Assembly: GCA_002010215.1 (NCBI GenBank)
Contig: MTMY01000047.1
Location: 62,001 to 126,000 of the forward strand
Origin: Archaeoglobus sp. JdFR-37
GTDB taxonomy: Archaea > Halobacteriota > Archaeoglobi > Archaeoglobales > Archaeoglobaceae
DNA: 64,000 nucleotides
Direction: 5' to 3'
The position numbers were made by a program, and so were the translations under genes. Shown here one piece after another: positions 60,030-64,000 of this stretch. The notes beneath the pieces are model-generated. The model made no database searches and was not told the DNA's origin. It saw only the letters and a list, made by a program, of their open reading frames with translations. Positions within the stretch are counted from its first letter, which is position 1; every line of letters begins with the position of its first letter.

Positions 60030-60983
60030 ATGCCTCTGGAACCAAGAAAGATTTTCATGAGTGGTGGAAGCAGCTACATAGTAACACTTCCGAAAAACTG
60101 GGTTGAAAAAAATGGTTTAAAAGCAGGAGACAGCATTCTGATGAATATTGGTAAGGAGAGTATAACTCTTCTCGCTGAAAAAACAGAGAGGAGGCTGAAG
60201 GAGGCGAAAATTAAAATTGATGGAGCGGCAGAGACTTTACTCAGGAGAATAATCTCTTACTATCTAGCAGGATACGAAAGCATTTTTGTGGAGATTAATG
60301 GGGAGCAGAGGAAGGCCTGCATGATGGCAACAGAAATGCTTGTAGGAGCGGAAATTCTTGAGGATTATGGGAATAAAATCAGAATAGAAGTATTTCTGAA
60401 TGAGTCTAGGTTTAAAACCAAAGATCTACTTGAGAAAATGGCAAACATCTGTATATCGATGCTTGAGGACTTTTCAAGAGTTGTGGCAGATTTCAATGCT
60501 GATCTCTGCTCCTCGATCCTCTCAAGAGAGAATGAAGTTGACAAGCTCTATTTTCTGATATTGAGGCAGCTAAAGACTGCCGTGAGATATCCGGATGTTG
60601 CGTCGAATCTCGAACTGACTAATCGGGAGATTCTGGGATTGAGGATAGTGATTAAAACTCTTGAGAGAGTTGCTGATCACGTCACATTGATGACTGAAAG
60701 CATAAGGGAACTCGGGAAATCAGTACCTCGAATCCATGATAATGCCTCAGATACTTTGGCTCTCTTCAAGGCTGCCATTAACTCTTACCAGAAGGGAGCT
60801 GCAGATATTGCTGACGAGATTTTCGTCATGTCAAATGATATAAAGGATAAAATCAGGGAGGTTGAGATAGATGGTGAAGTTTACGAGGCACTGAAATTGA
60901 AGACGATTCTCGATGGTCTCATAAGGATAGCAGGCTATTCGGAGGATATTGCAGAAATAACAATCAATCTCTCGGTTCAATAG
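60030..60983 (+). CDS. AbrB-PhoU archaeal phosphate uptake regulator
   Basis: RKI..SGGSSYIVTLPKNW AbrB domain followed by PhoU repeats (E.EVDKL, LERVADH); divergent from pstS. Confidence 0.9.
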   Translation: MPLEPRKIFMSGGSSYIVTLPKNWVEKNGLKAGDSILMNIGKESITLLAEKTERRLKEAKIKIDGAAETLLRRIISYYLAGYESIFVEINGEQRKACMMATEMLVGAEILEDYGNKIRIEVFLNESRFKTKDLLEKMANICISMLEDFSRVVADFNADLCSSILSRENEVDKLYFLILRQLKTAVRYPDVASNLELTNREILGLRIVIKTLERVADHVTLMTESIRELGKSVPRIHDNASDTLALFKAAINSYQKGAADIADEIFVMSNDIKDKIREVEIDGEVYEALKLKTILDGLIRIAGYSEDIAEITINLSVQ

Positions 60984-61214
60984 GGGTTTGTGGGTTTTTT
61001 AACATTTTAGATTGCTTTATTTAAATATTATCCCGCCCACCTAGCTCCTCCCCCATCCCTAAGCTACATGCAGATTTTGATTCCAAGTTTTTTACAGAAT
61101 TCTGACTCCAGAAGCCTAACTGAAAGGAAGATAGTCAACTCCACGAATCCGCGACTTCTCACTCAAAAACGATGACCGCAAGTTTCATAAACAAAATGGC
61201 CAATGGCTACACGA

Positions 61215-61287
61215 AGCCCCGTGGGGTAGTGGTCAATCCTGCCGGACTCTGGATCCGGCGACCCCGGTTCGAATCCGGGCGGGGCTA
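61215..61287 (+). tRNA. tRNA-Gln(CTG)
   Basis: AGCCCCGTGGGGTAGTGGTCAATCCTGCCGGACT-CTG-GATCCGGCGACCCCGGTTCGAATCCGGGCGGGGCTA; A1-U72 pair typical of archaeal tRNA-Gln. Confidence 0.96.
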
Positions 61288-61495
61288 TGGTTTGAATATA
61301 ATTCAAAAATCCTTCTTTAGTTTTATTTCACTTTAATCCCTACTTCAGCCATTTCAGTTGTCGTCTTTATTATTCTCAGCTCCTCCTCCGTCCCAGTTGT
61401 TTTACTAATACTGATTAAGACTGATTAAGTTAAATAAGTTAAACATGAAGTTCTGGGAAGAAAAAAGAAATTAATTGTTTTTCAAATCACACCCC

Positions 61496-62821
61496 TTAAA
61501 TCACACCCTTACTCTTCAACTCCTCCAGCCTGGCTTTTCCGTAGCCCAGCATTTCCTTGTAAATGTATTCGTTATCCGCTCCAACAGGTCTGCAAACCCA
61601 CTTTATCCTGCCAGGTGTTTTCTCGTGCTTTGCAACCACTCCCTGAACCACTACCTCTCCATAATCTGGATCTCTAATCTTCCTGAGCCCCCCTCTGAGC
61701 CACCAATTTTCCTGTTCGAAGGTCTGCTTTGGTGTCCACACCTCTCCAGCAACGCATGTACCCTCTCCTTTGTAGTCTAGCGTAGCCTGAATAATCTCCT
61801 GCTGGGTTCTTTCTGATGTCCACTTCTCTATTTCATGAAGAACAACAGGCCAGTTCTCTGGAGTGAGCCTCTCCTTTATGGTTGGATACTTCTCTCTGAG
61901 ATCCGGGCGACCTATAATTTCCGTCAGGGCGTAGAAGTTCACATCGCTGAATCCTGCCATAAATGCCATCCCATCCTTTGCCTTAACCAAAGTATATACA
62001 AAGACTGCCGGATCGAAGTTTGCTACCCTGTTTATGACCTTCTTCTTGGCATGGTAATACTGCACGTAGTAGTTCGTTACCTTCGCCATCGCCTCGGGCT
62101 CTGAAACATCAATAAACTGCCCCTCTCCCGTGAATCTCTTCCAGTACAAAGCCACCATAATTCCGAAGGCAGCAAAACCTCCGCCGACATACCAGCCCAG
62201 CCACGGGCCAAGCTTTGTGGGTACTCTCGCATGCTCTGGATACTCTTCATATTCCTCAGGGATGCCGGTTGTCCAGGCTATGCCTCCCATTGCCTGATTC
62301 ACAACATCGTAGTCTGGCCTGTTGCTCTTCGCCTTCGGCCCAAAGTGGCCGTAACTATATATTGCACAGTATATCAATCCGGGGTTTATTTTCTTAAGCT
62401 GTCTGTATCCTACTCCCAAGCTGTCCATGTAACCCGGCTTGTAGGTTTCAATGAGGACATCAGCCTTCTCAACCAGCTCTCTCAGAACTTCTCTGCCCTC
62501 TTCAGTCTCGAGATTCAGAGTTATGTGGTATTTATTTCTTCCCTCAACTATATAGGCCAGCCCAGTATCTTTCAGTTTCAGACCGAAGGGTGTCATTTTT
62601 CTGGATATGTCGCCACCTGGAGGCTCAATGCGTATTACCTTCGCTCCGTATTCTGCCAGCAGAGATGACGCATAAAGACCAGCAAAATTCCCATAACTCA
62701 AATCCAGCACCACTACGTCTTCTAACGCCTCAGGCTTTCTGCTGGCTTTAAAAGGATCGCAATGTTCTTTGGCCCACTCATCCCAAGGAACCTGATTTAC
62801 ATCTTTCACATCTTCAGCCAT
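61496..62821 (-). CDS. Class III CoA-transferase (CaiB/BaiF family)
   Basis: VLDLS, GAKVIRIEPPGGD, RNK, ADVLIETYKPG and YD catalytic Asp region. Confidence 0.92.
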   Translation of the reverse strand: MAEDVKDVNQVPWDEWAKEHCDPFKASRKPEALEDVVVLDLSYGNFAGLYASSLLAEYGAKVIRIEPPGGDISRKMTPFGLKLKDTGLAYIVEGRNKYHITLNLETEEGREVLRELVEKADVLIETYKPGYMDSLGVGYRQLKKINPGLIYCAIYSYGHFGPKAKSNRPDYDVVNQAMGGIAWTTGIPEEYEEYPEHARVPTKLGPWLGWYVGGGFAAFGIMVALYWKRFTGEGQFIDVSEPEAMAKVTNYYVQYYHAKKKVINRVANFDPAVFVYTLVKAKDGMAFMAGFSDVNFYALTEIIGRPDLREKYPTIKERLTPENWPVVLHEIEKWTSERTQQEIIQATLDYKGEGTCVAGEVWTPKQTFEQENWWLRGGLRKIRDPDYGEVVVQGVVAKHEKTPGRIKWVCRPVGADNEYIYKEMLGYGKARLEELKSKGVI

Positions 62822-62842
62822 TTTATCACCCATTTTATCACC

Positions 62843-64000
62843 TCACGGGAAGAATATGCCACTCTTTCCATCCCAGTCTGGTGGCGGGCAGGCGAAGGGT
62901 ATGTTTTCGTCCCATTTGCCAATGACACCCTTCTTGTAAAGCTCCTCAAGCTCTTCCTGAGACATGCCGAGAAGCCTAATGAAAACATGCTCATTGTCTA
63001 TACCCACAGGTCTTGCAGTCCACTTAATTCTACCTGGTGTTTCGCTCAGCTTAGGAACCGGTGCCACTTCTGCTAGTTCTCCCCATATTGGGTCCTCATA
63101 TATCCACACAGACTTTCTTGCTCTCCAGTGATCATCCTCATACTGATCTTTAGCACTCATGACTTTTGCAGCAGCAAATCCAAACTTCTCTGCAAGCTCC
63201 TCCAGTTCAGCAACGCTCTTTTCTCTAGCCCATTCATGAAGAACTTTGTAGATAACTGCCTGGTTTTCCTCTTTCAGTCTCTCCTCTATGTTGGTATATT
63301 TTTCGAAGATATCGAATCTACCCATCGCTTCACACAGCCCCCTGAATTCATCTTCGTTGAATGCTGCAATGGCAACGTACCCATCTTTGGCTCTGACTAT
63401 GTCTGACGGTACAATTGCCACATCTCTATTCCCGTAGCGCTCCCTGTTTTTGCCTGTTAGTCCGATATAAATCCATGTCCAGTCCATGTTTCTCATAAGG
63501 TTCTCAGCTTGGGGATGATCGATGTACTGCCCCTCCCCTGTATTCTCTCTCCAGTAGAGAGCCACCATTACAGCGAATGCACCCATGAGAGCGCCATAGA
63601 AATCACCAATCCAAGCACCAGCCTTCAGCGGGATAGCATCTGGGAAGCCTGTTGTTTCAATGAGTCCTGAAACGGCCTGAGCAACAGCATCGTAACTCGG
63701 CCTGAAGGTGAAGGGCCCCCACTGCCCGAAGCCGGACATACTAATGTAAATCAGGCGGGGATTGATTTTGCTGAGCTGTCTATAGCCGATACCCCACCTA
63801 TCGACAGTTCCTGGCCTGTAGTTTTCAACAATAACATCGCTCCGCTTAGCCAGCCTGTATATCAAATCCTTACCTTCTGGAGTTCGCATGTCGATGGTTA
63901 TGTGGTATTTGCTGTTGTTTGTAGCCTCAAAACCGGCAGCCAGGTTCTTATAGAAGTCTGCAAAGGGTGTGAGTGGGCGCATGGTGTCTCCTCTGCCAGG
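62843..64000 (-). CDS. Class III CoA-transferase (CaiB/BaiF family), 5' partial
   Basis: Frame open to the window edge (PGRGDTMR...); DVIVENYRPG, SGFGQWGP and SYDAVAQA motifs. Confidence 0.92.
   Translation of the reverse strand, partial: PGRGDTMRPLTPFADFYKNLAAGFEATNNSKYHITIDMRTPEGKDLIYRLAKRSDVIVENYRPGTVDRWGIGYRQLSKINPRLIYISMSGFGQWGPFTFRPSYDAVAQAVSGLIETTGFPDAIPLKAGAWIGDFYGALMGAFAVMVALYWRENTGEGQYIDHPQAENLMRNMDWTWIYIGLTGKNRERYGNRDVAIVPSDIVRAKDGYVAIAAFNEDEFRGLCEAMGRFDIFEKYTNIEERLKEENQAVIYKVLHEWAREKSVAELEELAEKFGFAAAKVMSAKDQYEDDHWRARKSVWIYEDPIWGELAEVAPVPKLSETPGRIKWTARPVGIDNEHVFIRLLGMSQEELEELYKKGVIGKWDENIPFACPPPDWDGKSGIFFP

Noticed and set aside
50039..61287. tRNA genes as attachment sites of an integrated element
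   Set aside because: No integrase and no duplicated tRNA 3' fragment found; the shared T-arm sequence is ordinary tRNA conservation.

Overview
Chromosomal segment of a thermophilic euryarchaeon, most consistent with Archaeoglobales (archaeal exosome/proteasome/RNase P superoperon, RbkR-type riboflavin kinase, futalosine-pathway MqnD, UPF0200/UPF0201 fusion, BRE/TATA promoters, GGTGA RBS). Housekeeping and metabolic genes flank a ~22 kb accessory nitrogen-oxide respiration region (25.0-46.7 kb). It contains a PGF-CTERM cytochrome c, heme O synthase, cNOR (norCB), a divergent hemerythrin + DsrE pair, bacterial-type cytoplasmic narGHJI with a NarC-like dihaem cytochrome, NarK, a formate/nitrite channel, a Mo/W ABC importer with Tfx, a trihaem lipoprotein, and a broken ferritin-like/encapsulin fusion. 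The region has nitrate reductase and NO reductase but no nirK/nirS. The hemerythrin/DsrE pair sharing a palindromic operator region with norCB is the best candidate for an undescribed nitrite/NO-handling module; this is inference, not demonstrated. Also present: tRNA-Val(GAC), tRNA-Gln(CTG), a pst operon with an embedded arsC-like gene, a pair of class III CoA-transferases, several candidate operators, and many short tandem duplications at gene junctions. No CRISPR array or transposase was found. All calls come from motif recognition by eye, without database searches.
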